Shown: in pieces, positions 32,351 through 45,362 of the stretch
How the letters are laid out: each line of letters begins with the position of its first letter
Numbering within the stretch: position 1 is the first letter of the stretch
Source: Prasinococcaceae sp. CCMP 1430
Taxonomy: Eukaryota; Plantae; Prasinodermophyta
Reading direction: 5' to 3'
NCBI GenBank assembly: GCA_013416795.1
Contig: RQSC01000026.1
Span: forward strand, 517,812 to 581,811
Length of the DNA stretch: 64,000 nucleotides
Made by a program: the position numbers and the translations under genes
Notes under the pieces: model-generated
Seen by the model: the letters and a program-made list of their open reading frames with translations, nothing else
Databases searched by the model: none
Told to the model about the DNA's origin: nothing

Positions 32351-33954
32351 CTAGGCGAGCAGCGCAGCCCCCGCGGCGGGGCCCGTGGCGAAGACGTACT
32401 CGTCGAGCCTCGCAGCGTCGGCGGTGCCCGCGGCGACGCGCGGCTTGTAGTAGGCGGCCTTGAGCGCTTCGATGAAGCCACCCACGTGCCCCGTCTCGAC
32501 GAGCGACACGGTGCAGCCGCCCCAGCCGGCACCGGTGAGGCGCGCGCCAAGCGCGCCTGCGTCCTTGCACGCACGCACGAGCTCATCGAGGTCGGCGCAG
32601 CTGCAGTCGTAGTCACCCGCACAGCTCGCATGCGATTCGTCCATCAACTCGCCCAGCTTGGCGGCGACGTCCGCCGGCGCGCCGCCCGCGTCGCAGGCGG
32701 CCTTGAACGCGGAGACGCGTGCCGTCTCGGAGTACACATGGCGCGCGCGCTCCTGCAACCTGAATTCGGTCGCGTTGGCGAGGACATCCTGCGCTGCTGC
32801 GGACGCGTTGGCGAACACCTCGGCGAGCGGCACCCCCACTGCCTTGGCGGCTTCCTCCGCGCTGTACGGCGTGGCCTTGAGTTTCTCCCCCACAGCATCG
32901 GTGGCGCCCGTCAGCCCGCCGTAGAAACGCTCCGCCTTCTTCAGCGTGTCGATTTCCGACGCGGCCGTCGACGGAGCCTCGCCAGCGGCAACGGCCAGCG
33001 CCGCTGCAGCGAGGCGGCACTCCACCACGCGATAGTTGTACTGCGTGGCCGCGCTCACGGCCTTCTCCGACACGAAGAGCGAGTTGGCGATGACGAACGT
33101 GTACCCCTCCGGCAGCGCGACGCTCGTGGCGCGCACCGGGTTGAATTCGACGAGCTTGGCGCTGCCACGCTCGCCCAGCACGCTGATGGCCTGGTCCATG
33201 CCGCCGCTCATTGTGCCGATGTGCTGCTCGCACTTCCGGGCGAGCTCGGCGAGCTCAGCGCGCGGAAAGTCGAGGCCGTGCGCGGCCATCACTGCGAGAG
33301 CGCTCGCAACAACAAACGCGCTGCTCGACGACACTCCGGCGCCCGCGGGCACGCGGCCGTGCACCGCGATGTCCAGCCCCGAGGGCCCGGGCACGTCGTA
33401 CCCGGCCTCTGCAGCGTGTTCGAACACCCCCTTCGACGCGCGCGCGAGACACGAGCGCGTGGAACAGATTCGGCGGTTTCGGTCAGCGGCCTGATTACCA
33501 TCGGCACGCCTGCGGCGCTCTCGGGGCCGCGCGCCAAGCGCGATCGCCCGATCGTCCGCACCTTGTACCCGCAAAGGAAGTAATTCGCCCACGAGTGCGC
33601 CGTGCGGTCAACCTCCTGTCGGGGGTCCGCCGGGAACTCGGCGTCGGCGTAGCGCTCGTCAACGTTGGCCAGGCGCAGCATGTCGCTCGTTGCGTTGGCA
33701 CGCGCGAGCACGACAGTGTCCTGAGCGATGGCCATCGGGAGCACCGAATATCCCTCGTAGTCGATGTGCTCTCCAATGAGGTTCACACGCCCGGGGGCGC
33801 GCGCCACCACGATGGGCGCAGCGTCGCTGCCGCCTCCTCCGCCACCGTGCGCCCCCTCGAACCGAGCGCGCAGCGCCGCGAGCCGCGCGGCCGCCGCCGG
33901 CGCGTCATCGTACGCGTCCGCGAGGTCCACGAGGCGCGGCACGCGGTCCGCCAT
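32351..33954 (-). CDS. GALK: Galactokinase / GalNAc kinase (GHMP family); intron ~33431-33561
   Basis: RAPGRVNLIGEHIDYEGYSVLPMAI, PAGAGVSSSSA, SGGMDQAIS, ELMDESHASC, GARLTGAGWGGC. Confidence 0.95.
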
Positions 33955-34211
33955 CGTCCCGCCCCGCGCCTGCAGAGCGGGGCGCTGGGAGTGCGCGTGT
34001 GTGGGTGCGGCTGGCGCGAGGGGGCGCGAGGTGTGGCGCCGGCGTGGACGCGCGCGCATGCGAGCAGCAGCGCCGCAGCGCCCACGGCAGCGACGCGCAC
34101 CCCGCTCCAAAGAGGGTTTCCGCCAACCCCAACACGCACGTCCAAACGCCTCACCACAGCGGTATCGTGACACGCCGCGACCGTTTCGGACGCGAACGTT
34201 TTGATGGGAGC

Positions 34212-34219
34212 AAACCCTA
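34212..34219 (+). promoter_or_regulatory. Telo-box AAACCCTA in the divergent GALK / transporter intergenic region
   Basis: Exact AAACCCTA; related motifs at 42492, 42519, 47081, 47909 and 55276. Confidence 0.55.
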
Positions 34220-34589
34220 AATACCGCTTCCGCGGAAGAGCTTTGATCGCACGCCCCTCGAGGTCGCGCTGGGGCACGTGCGCCGTCAGCCCTGCGTTAT
34301 CCGCGGGCAACGGACGGTGACGGTGTTGAATGTCGCACTGCGTTTTCTGTAAAGGACTGCGTTTTGCATTCCGATTGCCGCCCGAAAGTTCGGCGCGCGG
34401 GCACGAAATGCGGACCCACACGCACGCACACCGCCGCGCGTGCGCGGCGAGCGGGGCGACCACAGCGGGCGCAGGCGGCGAGGCGGGCTCCGCCTCCCTT
34501 GCCCTCGCTCGAAGCCTCGAGGGGACGGCGGCCGGCCGATCGGATCGGCGCCCCCCTCTCCCCGTATCCTCCCCATCCTGGGCCCCGCG

Positions 34590-35916
34590 ATGGCGTCGGT
34601 GGCGCGCGCGGGCGCGGCGGCTGCGCCGCCGCAGCCGGGACCGCTGACGCGCCGGCCCCGGCGCCGGCGCCCGCGGGTATCTCCGAGACGGACGCGATGA
34701 TGAACGTCATCAAGGCCGTGCTTGGCGCGGGCGCGTTTGCGCTGCCGTGGGCGTTTGCCAGCGGCGGTATCGTGCTGGCGAGCACCACCGTCGTGTGCTC
34801 CATGCTGGTGTGCCAGTACATGGTTTCGTTCCTCGTGCGCTCGCGCAACATGCTCCCAGCCGCCGACGCCGCCAAGGTCGATGCGTACACTGACCTGGCG
34901 GTGCAGACCATCGGCCCCAAGGGCGGCCTCGCGACCGAGCTGATGGTGCTGGTGTGCTGTTTTGGCATCGCGAGCGCGTACATGGTCTTCGTGGCCGACA
35001 CACTCGCGACGCTCATCGTGCCGTCGGTCGTCGGCATTGGCCCGTACTCCACGCCGGAGGTGCTGCTCTACCAGCTGCCGCTCTTCGTCATGCTAGCTTG
35101 GATCAAGAAGGTGCGGGCGCGATCGCGATCTCACAAACCTTGCCCCCGTTCGCGTTGTCTCACCCCGCTGACCCAATGGCGCGCGCGCAGATGTCTGGCC
35201 TCAGCCTTATCTCCTTGCTGGGCAACGTGAGCGTGGTGACCGGCATGGGCTTCGTGACCTACTACGCCTCGACGCTGGGCTCGTCGCTCGCCCTGCTGCC
35301 GATGTGGAACCCAGCGACCTTTCCCATGTGGTTCGGCTCGGTGGCGTTCCTCTTCTTCTGTCACTTCAACCTGCCCGGCGTCGAGTCGGCCATGACCGAC
35401 AGGGCCAAGTTCTCGGCCGCATCCCTCAAGGGCTTCTCTTTCTGCGCGGTCCTCGCCATGGTCTTCGGCACCGTGGGAGCTGTGGCCTTCGGCCCGGGCG
35501 TGGCTTCCAACGTCATCACCGATCTGCGGGGCACCGGCCTTGTGATCATCGTGAAGCTGCTGCTGTGCTTCAACCTCCTGGCGACCTTCCCGGTGGTGTG
35601 CCGCACAGCCTTCGTGACCATCGAGAAGTTCGCCAAGCTTGGCGGCCTCACGCTGGGCACGTGGTCCTCCAACGCGGTGCGCACCGTGTACGTCATCGCA
35701 GCCGGCCTGACTGCCATCGCCATCCCGTCTTTCGGCAAGCTGCTCGGCGTCGTGGGCGGCTTCTGCTGCACCATGCTCACGTGCATGTTCCCGCCGATGA
35801 TGCTGCTGGCCGCCTCCAAGCGGACGGGCAAGGAGCTCGACACCGTCACCAGGGTCGCGTGCTACGCCACCATGGCGCTCGCCGCCGCACTCGGCATTTT
35901 CTCTATCATCGCATAG
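34590..35916 (+). CDS. Amino-acid transporter (AAAP/Aa_trans family); intron 35111-35190; start approximate
   Basis: MMNVIKAVLGAGAFALPWAFASGG, YTDLA, FGSVAFLFFCHFNLPGVESAM, FGTVGAVAFG, IPSFGKLLGVVGG; about 10-11 hydrophobic segments. Confidence 0.9.
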
Positions 35917-36349
35917 GGGTGCCAACTCTCGTAGCCATCTCATGCGGATGCCCACTCTCTAGTTGCGCGCGAGGCCGGGCCCAGTGATTAGAGCGCGGGA
36001 ATTGCTGCGCCTGGGTAACACCGTCACGCAGTCAAAAAACACATTTACATGGTGTGCCGGTCAACTCGCTAGCAACCATCTCTGCGGCTGGTTCGCAAGC
36101 ACCGGTGCGCGTGGGCGCCGGGGAGTGGTGGCGGTGGCGCTGTTGTGTGGGGGGCGGGGTGGGGTGGGGGGCTCCTACCCCCACTTCCTCTTCCTCCTCC
36201 CTCCCTCCCCTCCCTCCCCTCCCCCCACCCCATCCCGCCGCCCTCTTCTGGCTGGTGGTTGCCAGCAGCAAGCGTCGACTTCAAAGAATGGTCCGAGCGA
36301 GGCGCGGCCGCCTTGGGCGCCGCTGGACCTGCGCACACCAGGGCCGCTG

Positions 36350-38851
36350 CTACGCGGTCACGTCCGAGAGTTCGGCCACTAGCCTCTGGATCTCCTCGAG
36401 GGACTTCTCCGGCGTGTAGCACGGGTGCTGAGCGCCGTCGTTGGCACCGCACACCGTGATGCGCATGGCGCCGTCCTCGCCCGCGTCGACGAGCGCCGTG
36501 TCGCCCACCTCGAACTCACCCAGGAGCAGAGCCTCGCACATCGGATCCTCGATCATCGACATGATGGCGCGGCGCATCGGCCGCGCGCCCATCGCTTGAT
36601 CGTAGCCCTGGTTCAGGAGCGAGTCCATCGCGCGCTCCGTCACCCGCACGACGACGCCCTTGGCCGCCAGCCGCTGCCCGAGGTCGTTAAGCATGTACGT
36701 CGCGACCATGCGCACGTTGTCGCGCGTGAGCTTCTTGAACACCACCACCTCGTCGATGCGGTTGAGCAGCTCGGGTCTGAAGTACTCCTTGAGCGCATCC
36801 AGGACCATGCTGCGCATGCGCTTGAACACGCCGCCGTCCTCCTCCGTCTCATCGGGCACCTCGAAGCCGAGGCCGCCGGCCCCGTCCTTCATGATTGCCT
36901 GCGCGCCCACGTTGCTCGTCATGATGAGCAGCGTGTTCTTGAAGTCCACGACGCGGCCCGTGCTGTCCGTGAGGCGGCCGTCCTCGAAGACCTGCAGAAG
37001 GATGTTGAACACGTCCGGGTGCGCCTTCTCCACCTCATCAAGGAGCACCACGGTGTACGGGTTCCTCCGCACAGCCTCGGTCAGCGTGCCGCCGTCGCCG
37101 TAGCCAGCGTAGCCCGGCGGCGCGCCGATGAGCTTGGCCACGGTGTGGCGCTCCATGTACTCCGACATGTCGAGGCGCACCATGTGGTTGTCCGTGCCGA
37201 ACATGTGGTTGCAGAGCGCCTTCGTGAGCTCAGTCTTGCCGACGCCGGTGGGCCCGGCGAAGAGGAAGACGCCCTGTGGCCTGTCCGGCGACGCGAGGCC
37301 GGTGCGCCCGCGGCGCAGGGAACGCGCCACGGCGTGCACGGCCTCCTCCTGGCCGATGACCCTGCCGGTGAGGTCGTCCTCGAGCGTCAGCAGGCGCGCG
37401 CCCTCGTCCTCGGTGAGCTGCTCGAGCGGGATCTTCGTCCAGGCGGCGGCGACGGCCTCGATCTCCGCGGCGCCCACCTGCGCGACGACCTCGTCGCCGA
37501 GCTTCTGGCTGCTGGCGGCGGCGGCCTCGCGGCGCTTGCACTCGGCGTTGAGCTCGCTCCACACCGCCGAGCTGTCCGTGAGGTCCGTCTGAGACTTGGC
37601 CACGGCGGCTTTCTTGGCGGCCTTCTTCTCCTTGAAGGCCTCGATGCGGGCGCGGCTGCCCGCCTCGTCCATGAGGTCGATCGCCTTGTCCGGCAGGAAG
37701 CGGTCGGGGATGTATCGCGAGGAGAGCTCAACGGCAGCCTTGAGCGCCTCGTCGTCGAACGAGACCTTGTGGTGCTCCTCGTAGTACTTGCGCAGGCCCT
37801 GGAGGATCTCCAGCGCCTCGTCCGGGCTCGGCTCGTTGACGAACACCGGCTGGAAGCGGCGCGCGAGCGCGGCGTCCTGCTCGATGTACTTGCGATGCTC
37901 GTCGAGCGTGGTGGCTCCCACGCACTGCATCTGGCCGCGCGAGAGCGCGGGCTTCATCATGTTGGAGATGTCCATGCCGCCCCCGCCGCCGCCGCCGCGG
38001 CCGATGGCGCCCGCGCCCACGAGCGTGTGGATCTCGTCGATCATGAGGATGAGGTCGTCGTCGCCGACGACCTCCTCGAGCAGCTTGGTCACGCGGTTCT
38101 CAAGCTCGCCGCGCTCCTTGGCGCCCGCCATGAGCAGGCCCATGTCGAGCGAGACGATGCGCTTGTCGACAAGGAAGTCCGGGCACTTGCCCGAGACGAT
38201 GCGCACGGCCAGGCCCGCGCCGATCGCCGTCTTGCCCACGCCGGGCTCGCCGAGCAGGATGGGGTTGTTCTTGCGGCGGCGCGCGAGGATCTCCACGCAG
38301 CGCGCGACCTCCTTGTCGCGGCCGATCACCGGGTCGATCTTGCCCTTGCGCGCGAGCTCCGTGAGGTCGGTGCCGAACTCCTCGAGCATGGACTCCTGTT
38401 CGCCCTTCTGGCCCGCCTTGCCCGCCTTGCCCGCGGCCTTCGCCGCCGACACGTTGGCGCCCTTGTCCGGGGGCGTGCCCTTCTCGGCGCTCAGCTCCGT
38501 CTGCAGCTGCGCCAGCGCCCCCTCGCGCAGCTTCATGGGGTCCTCGCCGAGCGCGCGGATCATGTCGCTCACGCCCTCGTCAACCTCGAGCAGCGCGAGC
38601 AGGATGTGCTCGGCGCTGATGTACTGGTGGGAGAGGCGCTGGCTTTCCTTGACGGCCTCCTCGAAGGCGCGCTTGGCGCCGATCGAGAACGGCACCTCGC
38701 TCGTGGGGCGCATGCCCCCGCGCGGCGCCGAGCGCGCCTTCTTCACCTGCGCGACGGCCGCCGGCAGCTTGATCGTCGTGCCCAGGTACCCGCCCGAAGA
38801 GTCCTTGACGCCCTCGGCGATCAGCCCGAGGAGGAGCTGCGCCGTGCCGAC
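36350..38851 (-). CDS. CLPD: Plastid Hsp100 chaperone ClpD (ERD1); upstream exon(s) not located or in the gap
   Basis: Clp-N repeat, [29 protein letters not shown] (ClpD-type rather than ClpC AGTKYRGEFEER), [29 protein letters not shown]. Confidence 0.88.
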   Translation of the reverse strand, partial: VGTAQLLLGLIAEGVKDSSGGYLGTTIKLPAAVAQVKKARSAPRGGMRPTSEVPFSIGAKRAFEEAVKESQRLSHQYISAEHILLALLEVDEGVSDMIRALGEDPMKLREGALAQLQTELSAEKGTPPDKGANVSAAKAAGKAGKAGQKGEQESMLEEFGTDLTELARKGKIDPVIGRDKEVARCVEILARRRKNNPILLGEPGVGKTAIGAGLAVRIVSGKCPDFLVDKRIVSLDMGLLMAGAKERGELENRVTKLLEEVVGDDDLILMIDEIHTLVGAGAIGRGGGGGGGMDISNMMKPALSRGQMQCVGATTLDEHRKYIEQDAALARRFQPVFVNEPSPDEALEILQGLRKYYEEHHKVSFDDEALKAAVELSSRYIPDRFLPDKAIDLMDEAGSRARIEAFKEKKAAKKAAVAKSQTDLTDSSAVWSELNAECKRREAAAASSQKLGDEVVAQVGAAEIEAVAAAWTKIPLEQLTEDEGARLLTLEDDLTGRVIGQEEAVHAVARSLRRGRTGLASPDRPQGVFLFAGPTGVGKTELTKALCNHMFGTDNHMVRLDMSEYMERHTVAKLIGAPPGYAGYGDGGTLTEAVRRNPYTVVLLDEVEKAHPDVFNILLQVFEDGRLTDSTGRVVDFKNTLLIMTSNVGAQAIMKDGAGGLGFEVPDETEEDGGVFKRMRSMVLDALKEYFRPELLNRIDEVVVFKKLTRDNVRMVATYMLNDLGQRLAAKGVVVRVTERAMDSLLNQGYDQAMGARPMRRAIMSMIEDPMCEALLLGEFEVGDTALVDAGEDGAMRITVCGANDGAQHPCYTPEKSLEEIQRLVAELSDVTA

Positions 38852-40199
38852 CTGCGCGCGGCGGGGTCGCGGGGAGCGCGCGTCAGCCCCCGGTGCCGCG
38901 CGGGCGCGGCGCGCGCTCGGCGCTCATGCTCGGAAAAAAGGCGCGTCGATCACGCCCATCCTAGGTCTGTTCCTACGTGAATGGACACACAGTGAGATTT
39001 CTTCCGGATGGTCGTATCTTCTGGGTGATACGTACTGTGAATGGGGTAAGGTTCATANNNNNNNNNNNNNNNNNNNNNNNNNNNNNNNNNNNNNNNNNNN
39101 NNNNNNNNNNNNNNNNNNNNNNNNNNNNNNNNNNNNNNNNNNNNNNNNNNNNNNNNNNNNNNNNNNNNNNNNNNNNNNNNNNNNNNNNNNNNNNNNNNNN
39201 NNNNNNNNNNNNNNNNNNNNNNNNNNNNNNNNNNNNNNNNNNNNNNNNNNNNNNNNNNNNNNNNNNNNNNNNNNNNNNNNNNNNNNNNNNNNNNNNNNNN
39301 NNNNNNNNNNNNNNNNNNNNNNNNNNNNNNNNNNNNNNNNNNNNNNNNNNNNNNNNNNNNNNNNNNNNNNNNNNNNNNNNNNNNNNNNNNNNNNNNNNNN
39401 NNNNNNNNNNNNNNNNNNNNNNNNNNNNNNNNNNNNNNNNNNNNNNNNNNNNNNNNNNNNNNNNNNNNNNNNNNNNNNNNNNNNNNNNNNNNNNNNNNNN
39501 NNNNNNNNNNNNNNNNNNNNNNNNNNNNNNNNNNNNNNNNNNNNNNNNNNNNNNNNNNNNNNNNNNNNNNNNNNNNNNNNNNNNNGGCAGCGCGCACGTG
39601 CGGGCGCGCGCGCGCGCGCGCGCGCGAAAAGGCGGGAACCTTTTCGCCGCTTCGCCGCCGCGCGCGCGCGCGCACAGAGCGAGAGCAGCCACGAACCGAC
39701 GCGCGCCAACAGCGACGGACGGACGGACAACTGGGCGGAGGCCATTCCTATTCGTTCGTACACTACCAACCAACCAACCCACCAACCCACCAACTCACAC
39801 CGCGGCTCGATCGATCGATCGCTGGATCGATGCGCGCGACGTGACGCCACGCAGAGACCACGAGACGCGGAGACTACCCGGGGGAAGATCCACCAACCTG
39901 TGGCGCTGACAAAACAACAAACCGCACCCTGTGAGCCACCAGCAAGCCAGACGTCAAGCAAGAGCACGCAATCAAGGCGTGGGACCGCGGCGTGCGTGCG
40001 ATCGAGCGCGTTCAAAATATCGGTCCATCAAAATATCCCCACCACGTCACCGCACCGCGCCACGCTTTTTTCTTCGCGTTTCTTTCCGCTCGATTTTGGG
40101 ACGGGAATTGGCGCGCCGCCGCCGCGGATAAAAACGCCCGCCGATCGAGCGGCTGCGCGCGCGCCACACACGCACGACCATAAATCCAATACGCTATGT

Positions 40200-40835
40200 A
40201 TGCACACCACGGTGAGCGGCGCGGGCGGCGAGCAGGCGACAGTGGACGCCGCCAAGAAGCGCGTCATGCGGCTCGCCGCGGGCACCGGCCGAGGGACGCG
40301 CGCCGCGCCGGAGCGCGCCGAGGAGATGCTGGAGGCGTTCGAGGCACTCGAGGGGCTGAACGCCACGCTTGCTCCCGCGGACGAGCCGGAGCTCCTGGAC
40401 GGCTGGTGGGCGCTCCTCTACAACGCACCGGCGGACCCAGCGAGCGCGAGCGTGGCCAACACAACGGAGGGGCCCGTGTTGGGCAGGCTCCGACCGTTCT
40501 TCCAGTTGTTCGCGCGCTCCACCGGACAAAATCAGGAGATCGACTCGCGAGGGGGCACGGTCGCCAACGTGGCCGACTTTGAGCTTCTGGGCGGCGCGGT
40601 GAAGGGCTCGCTCAATCTGCGCGGCACGTGCGCACGCGCCAGCTCGACGAGGCTTGACGTGGAGTTCACGGACGCCGTCCTCACGCTCGGCGGGTGGAAG
40701 GGCACGCTGTCGCTCAGCGCAGTGCGCCCTCAGGGCTGGGTTGAGACCACGTTCCTCGACGGCGACCTGCGCCTGGGCAGGGGAGACAAGGGCAGCATCT
40801 TCGTCGCGTACAGAGGGGCCGAGCGGGACGGATGA
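40200..40835 (+). CDS. PAP/fibrillin family protein (plastoglobule); start possibly upstream
   Basis: LDGWWALLY, QNQEID, VANVADF, RLDVEF, GWVETTFLDGDLRLGRGDKGSIFV. Confidence 0.88.
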   Translation: MHTTVSGAGGEQATVDAAKKRVMRLAAGTGRGTRAAPERAEEMLEAFEALEGLNATLAPADEPELLDGWWALLYNAPADPASASVANTTEGPVLGRLRPFFQLFARSTGQNQEIDSRGGTVANVADFELLGGAVKGSLNLRGTCARASSTRLDVEFTDAVLTLGGWKGTLSLSAVRPQGWVETTFLDGDLRLGRGDKGSIFVAYRGAERDG

Positions 40836-40914
40836 GCGAGGCGCGACGCTTCGACGCTCGCGCAGCAATGCGATCCGGCAATGCTCACACACACGTTAAT
40901 AAGCTCACGCCGAA

Positions 40915-42120
40915 TTACGGCGTGGCAGTTTCGCCTTGCGCGCCCGCGGGCAGCGGCGGCGGCGTGCCGGCGTACGCCTGCAATCGAGCCTCAAGCATGG
41001 CGCAGTGGCGCGACCACTCGCCGAGCATCTCGCGCACGCGCTCGTTCTCGGCCTGCGCCTCGACGGCCAGCTCCGCGGCGGCGGCCGCTTCGTCCTCGCG
41101 CTTCGCCGCCGCCTCCTTCGCCGCGCGCAGCTCACCCGCCAGAGCGTCGTGCTCGCCGCGAGTCTCCCCTAGTGCCGCCTCCGCGCGCGCGAGCCGACGC
41201 TCAACCTCGTCCAGCTCGGCCGCCGCCGCATCCCTGCCCCCCTCAGCGCCGGCGCCCTCCACCTGTGCCTGCAGAGCGAGCACGCGCTTGCACAGTGCGC
41301 GCTGGCTGTTCTGCAGGTAGTGGATGAGCTCAGCCTGCCGCTCGAAGGCCGCGCGGCCGAACGCCCCGCCACCGCCGTTCTCGCCGCCGCTCGCGGCGCC
41401 CACGGCCGCCTGCGGCTGCGAGATGGGCAGCAGCAGCGCCGACGCCCCGCCCGGCGCCGCGCCGCCCAGTCCCCTGAGCAGCTTCTCGGTCCCACCCAGC
41501 GATGCTGCGGCGTCTGGCGTACTCGAGGCGCGCGCGTGCCGCATCGCCGCCACGCCAATCGCCGCCATGAGGCCGAAGGCGACGCTCATCTCCGTGACCA
41601 CCAGCAACTGCAGCGCCCGCACGCGCCCGAGGCCAATGCCGGCGAGCGCGTCTGGCCATAAGGCGAGCAGCGCAATTGCCGCGTCGGCGAACGCAGTGGT
41701 GAGCACGGGCGCCGACAGGAGCATCCTCGTCCGCCTGTAAAAGCGCACGTGCCCGCGCCGCCACTGCCTCCGCCACTTGAAGCGCAGGTAGCGCTCCAGC
41801 AAGCACGCCGCGGGGAGAGCCAGCAAGCTCAGCGCAGCCTTGGCGCGGAACTCGGCGTCGTCGGTGTCGAACTTGAACCCAGGCCAAAACAAGACCGCAA
41901 GGAGCGTAGCTATGGCGGCCGCCGTCGCAAGCAGTCCGACCCACGGCTGCAACGGCTCCTCAACACTGCTGTCGTCTGCGCCCGCGTCGCCGCGGAAGAA
42001 CCCCCGGCCGTTCGCACTGCCGCCAAGCAGCGGCGCCTCCATGCCCTCCGCCGCCGACGGCCAGCCGCTGGAGCTCGCCGGCTCCTGCATCTCGGCCGGT
42101 GTAGCTGCTCGCCGCGGCAT
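40915..42120 (-). CDS. TMEM192-family membrane + coiled-coil protein (plant FIP1-like)
   Basis: Four hydrophobic segments, RGHVRFYRRTR, QAELIHYLQ, and a coiled coil with ENERVREMLGEWS (plant homologues read ENERLRAILGEWS). Confidence 0.7.
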   Translation of the reverse strand: MPRRAATPAEMQEPASSSGWPSAAEGMEAPLLGGSANGRGFFRGDAGADDSSVEEPLQPWVGLLATAAAIATLLAVLFWPGFKFDTDDAEFRAKAALSLLALPAACLLERYLRFKWRRQWRRGHVRFYRRTRMLLSAPVLTTAFADAAIALLALWPDALAGIGLGRVRALQLLVVTEMSVAFGLMAAIGVAAMRHARASSTPDAAASLGGTEKLLRGLGGAAPGGASALLLPISQPQAAVGAASGGENGGGGAFGRAAFERQAELIHYLQNSQRALCKRVLALQAQVEGAGAEGGRDAAAAELDEVERRLARAEAALGETRGEHDALAGELRAAKEAAAKREDEAAAAAELAVEAQAENERVREMLGEWSRHCAMLEARLQAYAGTPPPLPAGAQGETATP

Positions 42121-42529
42121 GGTCAGAGCCCTCCGCCCCCACTTCCCCCGCCCACCACTTCCTCCCTCGCCTACAGTGCGCGCCGCTGCACGTGCGCACG
42201 GACGCTGCGCTACACGACGGCGCCGCCCGCGCGCTGGGGCGCACGTGCGCGCCAGCCGCCTGGCGGGCGGGCGGGCGGGCGCGCGGGCAGGCGAACGCGA
42301 GCACGCACAGGCCCTCTCCGCCCCTCCCTGCACCGCACGCCCCGAGCGGCACGGCGCGGTTCCCCACCCGTCTGGCGTGCCCCCCCTCCCCCTTTCGCTG
42401 GACTCCAGCGCCGCTCCCCTCTCCACGTCGCCCGCGTTCGAAGCCGCTCGCTCGCTTCCCAGGAAGGAGGCCCTCGAAGTGTGCGCGGGATAACCCTAGA
42501 TGTAACCCCAACTATTTCTAACCCTAACC

Positions 42530-43564
42530 ATGAGTGAGCCCGACGTGCGGCGCTTGCGGATCGCGCGCCGCCGCGCGCGCGCCACTCGGCGCCGCCAGCT
42601 GCGAGCCAGCTGGGGGAAGGGGTGATGGGCGTGGTGGTGTGTGGCGTGCCTGCCGGCGCGCGGCAGGCCGTGCGGGGAGGTGCAGCGTGCGGAGGCGCGC
42701 GCCGGCTGCGTGCCCGCGGAGGAGGAGGGGGAGGCGCATGTGAGGCGCCGCGGCACGCTGGCCGCGCTCGTGGCGGGGGCAGCCGCAATGGGGGCGGGGC
42801 GACCTCGCGCGGCGAGCGCGGCTCCCGCTCCCGGCGCTACGAACTCGGTCGCGCTCGTCACCGACGGCGGCCGCGAGGCGTTCGGCAGCGCGAGCGAGGC
42901 CCTCGCCGCGGCGCCGGACGGTGCTATCATCGAGCTGGGCCCAGGGACCTTCAGCGAGCGGCTCGTCATTGAGAAGCCAATCACCGTCCGTGGGGCGCCG
43001 GGTGAGGCGACGACGCTCGAGTGGACGACCAAGACCCCATATGAATCTGTCATCGATGTGGGCTGTGGTGGCGTACGCCTCGAGGGGCTCCAGCTGCGCC
43101 ACGCGTCCAAGTCTGTCGCGCAGAACTACGGAGTCTTCGTTCGCGAGGCGGCGGAGCTCGTGATGGTCGACTGCGCCGTCACCTCATCAACCGGCAGTGG
43201 CATAGGCGTGGAGGGGGGCGCGGCGCGGCTTGAGGGCTGCACACTGAGTGGTTGCAAGGCGCACGGCGCTGCGCTGTACGGCGACCTCCTGGGCAGCGCG
43301 AGGGACGTGGCGCTAGTCAATTGCGTGCTCGAGGGGAATGGCGGGGATGGGTTGCTCGCCAGGCAGGGTGCGAGGGCGACGCTCCAGCGCTGTGAGCTCA
43401 GCCGCAACCGCGGCGCAGGCGCCGCCGCCGTCGACGCGCGCCTTGCGCTCGAGGGCTGCAGCGCGACAGCGAACCGGGTTGGGGTCCGCCTCGAGGGCCT
43501 CCGTGCCAGGCTCGATGACAGGGGTGCCAACGACTTGGGCGAGATCGTCACCAAACAAGCGTGA
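42530..43564 (+). CDS. Right-handed parallel beta-helix (pectin-lyase-like) protein with a bipartite/twin-arginine targeting peptide; possible 45-nt intron 42622-42666
   Basis: ALAAAPDGAIIELGPGTFSERLVIEKPITVRG, repeats such as GSGIGVEGG / GAALYG / GNGGDGLLARQG / NRGAG; RRRGTLAALVAGAAAMG...ASA before the mature region. Confidence 0.75.
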
Positions 43565-43805
43565 CGTCGTCGGTGTCGTAAGCTCATGTCTAATACGGGG
43601 CCACAGGCAACAGCGTGGAGCGCAAAGGGAGGAAGGGGGAGGGGGGGGAGGGAGGAGAAGGGTCCACGGCCCTCATCCGCGCGCGCGCCCGTGCCGCTGC
43701 CAGCGCTGGCAAAATCCGATATGCTTACACTCGACAGCGGCTCGTCCACACGCCCCGAGGCGAGGCCTCGGCGCGTGCTCAGCACGCGCTCCGGCGTCCT
43801 CTCCA

Positions 43806-45362
43806 TCAGGCGGAGTTCACGTCGCGAAAGAACTGCAGGGTCTCCTCGAGCGCGCCCACAAAGGTGTCCACCTCCTCGGGCGTGTTGTATATGTACAAGC
43901 TGGCCCGCGCGCTCGCGTTGATGCCCAGCTCGCGGTGCAGCGGCTGCGTGCAGTGGTGCCCCGAGCGCACGGCCACGCTGGCCGTCTGGTCCAGAATGGT
44001 CGAGATGTCCGTCGCGTGCGCCACGTCCGACGTGAAGGAGGCTAGCGCCGCTCTGCCCCCGGGGACATCGGGCGTGGGGCCCAGCACGGTGACGCCCTCC
44101 ACCGCCGACACCCTGTCGTACAGGTACCGCCCCAGCGCGACCTCGTACTCGTGCACCTTCTCCATGCCGATCTCCGACAAGTAATCGCACGCCGCGCCCA
44201 GCGCGATGGCCTCGCAAATAGCTGGCGTGCCCGCCTCGAAGCGCAGCGGCGGCTCGGCGTACGTCGAGTGGCTGAGGTAGACGTCCTGAATCATCTCGCC
44301 GCCGCCCATGAAGGGAGACATGGTCTCGAGCACGTCCATCCTGCCCCACAGGAAGCCGATGCCCGTCGGGCCACACATCTTGTGCCCGCTGGCGACGATC
44401 CAGTCTGCGCCGAGGGCCTGCACGTCCACTGGCATGTGGGGCACGCTCTGGCACGCATCGAGCAGCACCTTCGCACCCACCCCGCGCGCTGCCGCAATGA
44501 CGCTCTCCACCGGGTTGACGCACCCGAGCGTGTTGGACACGTGGGCCATGGAGACGAGCTTGGTGCGCTCGTTGATCATGCCCAGCATGGCGGCCTCGTC
44601 GAGCATGCCCGTCGCGGCGTCCAGCGGCGCGTGGCGCAGCACACAGCCCGTGCGCTCCGCGACGAGCTGCCACGGCACGAGGTTGGAGTGGTGCTCCATC
44701 ACCGTCAGCACCACCTCGTCCCCCTCTTCAAGGTTGTCCAGCCCCCACGCGTACGCGACGAGGTTGATGGCCTCGCTTGCGTTGCGAGTCCACACAATCT
44801 CCCGCTCGGATGTCGCGTTCACAAAAGTCGCCACCTTGCCGCGTGCGGCCTCGTACTCGTCCGTCGCTCGCGCCGCGAGGGCGTGCACGCCGCGGTGCAC
44901 GTTGGAGTTGTACTCAGCGTAGTAGCGCTGCGCGGCGAAGCAGTCGTGGGGTGCAGGGCGCGGTGGGGCGGGCCGGGTGCGGGGGGCGGCGAGGGCACGT
45001 CAGCGCGTTGCGCGCGCGCATTTGCGGGCGTCGCCGCGCGCGCTTCTTGCCGGTGCGCTCACCTCCATGACGTCCATCACCTGCCGCGGCTTCTGCGACG
45101 TCGCTGCGGAGTCAAGGTACACGACCTCCTGCTGCGGCGCGCTGATGAGTGGGAAGTCGGCGCGAAGCTTGGCGCCCAGGGAGAGGTCGCCATACTTGGC
45201 CAGCGCCTCTGCCGAGGGTGGGGACGAAGCCGCGACCGCCGCGGCCGCGGCCGAGGTGGTCAATGCGCGCTTCCGCGCGATGTGGGCCACCGCGCAACGA
45301 CGCTTCTCGCGGCTGCGCGTGCTGCCTCCCCACGGGCGCGCCCACTGGGAGCCGCTGTACAT
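43806..45362 (-). CDS. SUFS: Group II cysteine desulfurase SufS (plastid NFS2); intron 44928-45062; start uncertain
   Basis: [20 protein letters not shown] | [65 protein letters not shown]. Confidence 0.95.

Noticed and set aside
38950-39057. Low-GC stretch before the gap as a foreign insert or CLPD exon
   Set aside because: It is too short and truncated by N, with no in-frame match to the ClpD N-terminus and no recognisable element.
37788-40835. 1015-aa ORF ending in a fibrillin domain
   Set aside because: It is CLPD antisense plus an N-gap plus promoter sequence; only 40200-40835 is fibrillin.
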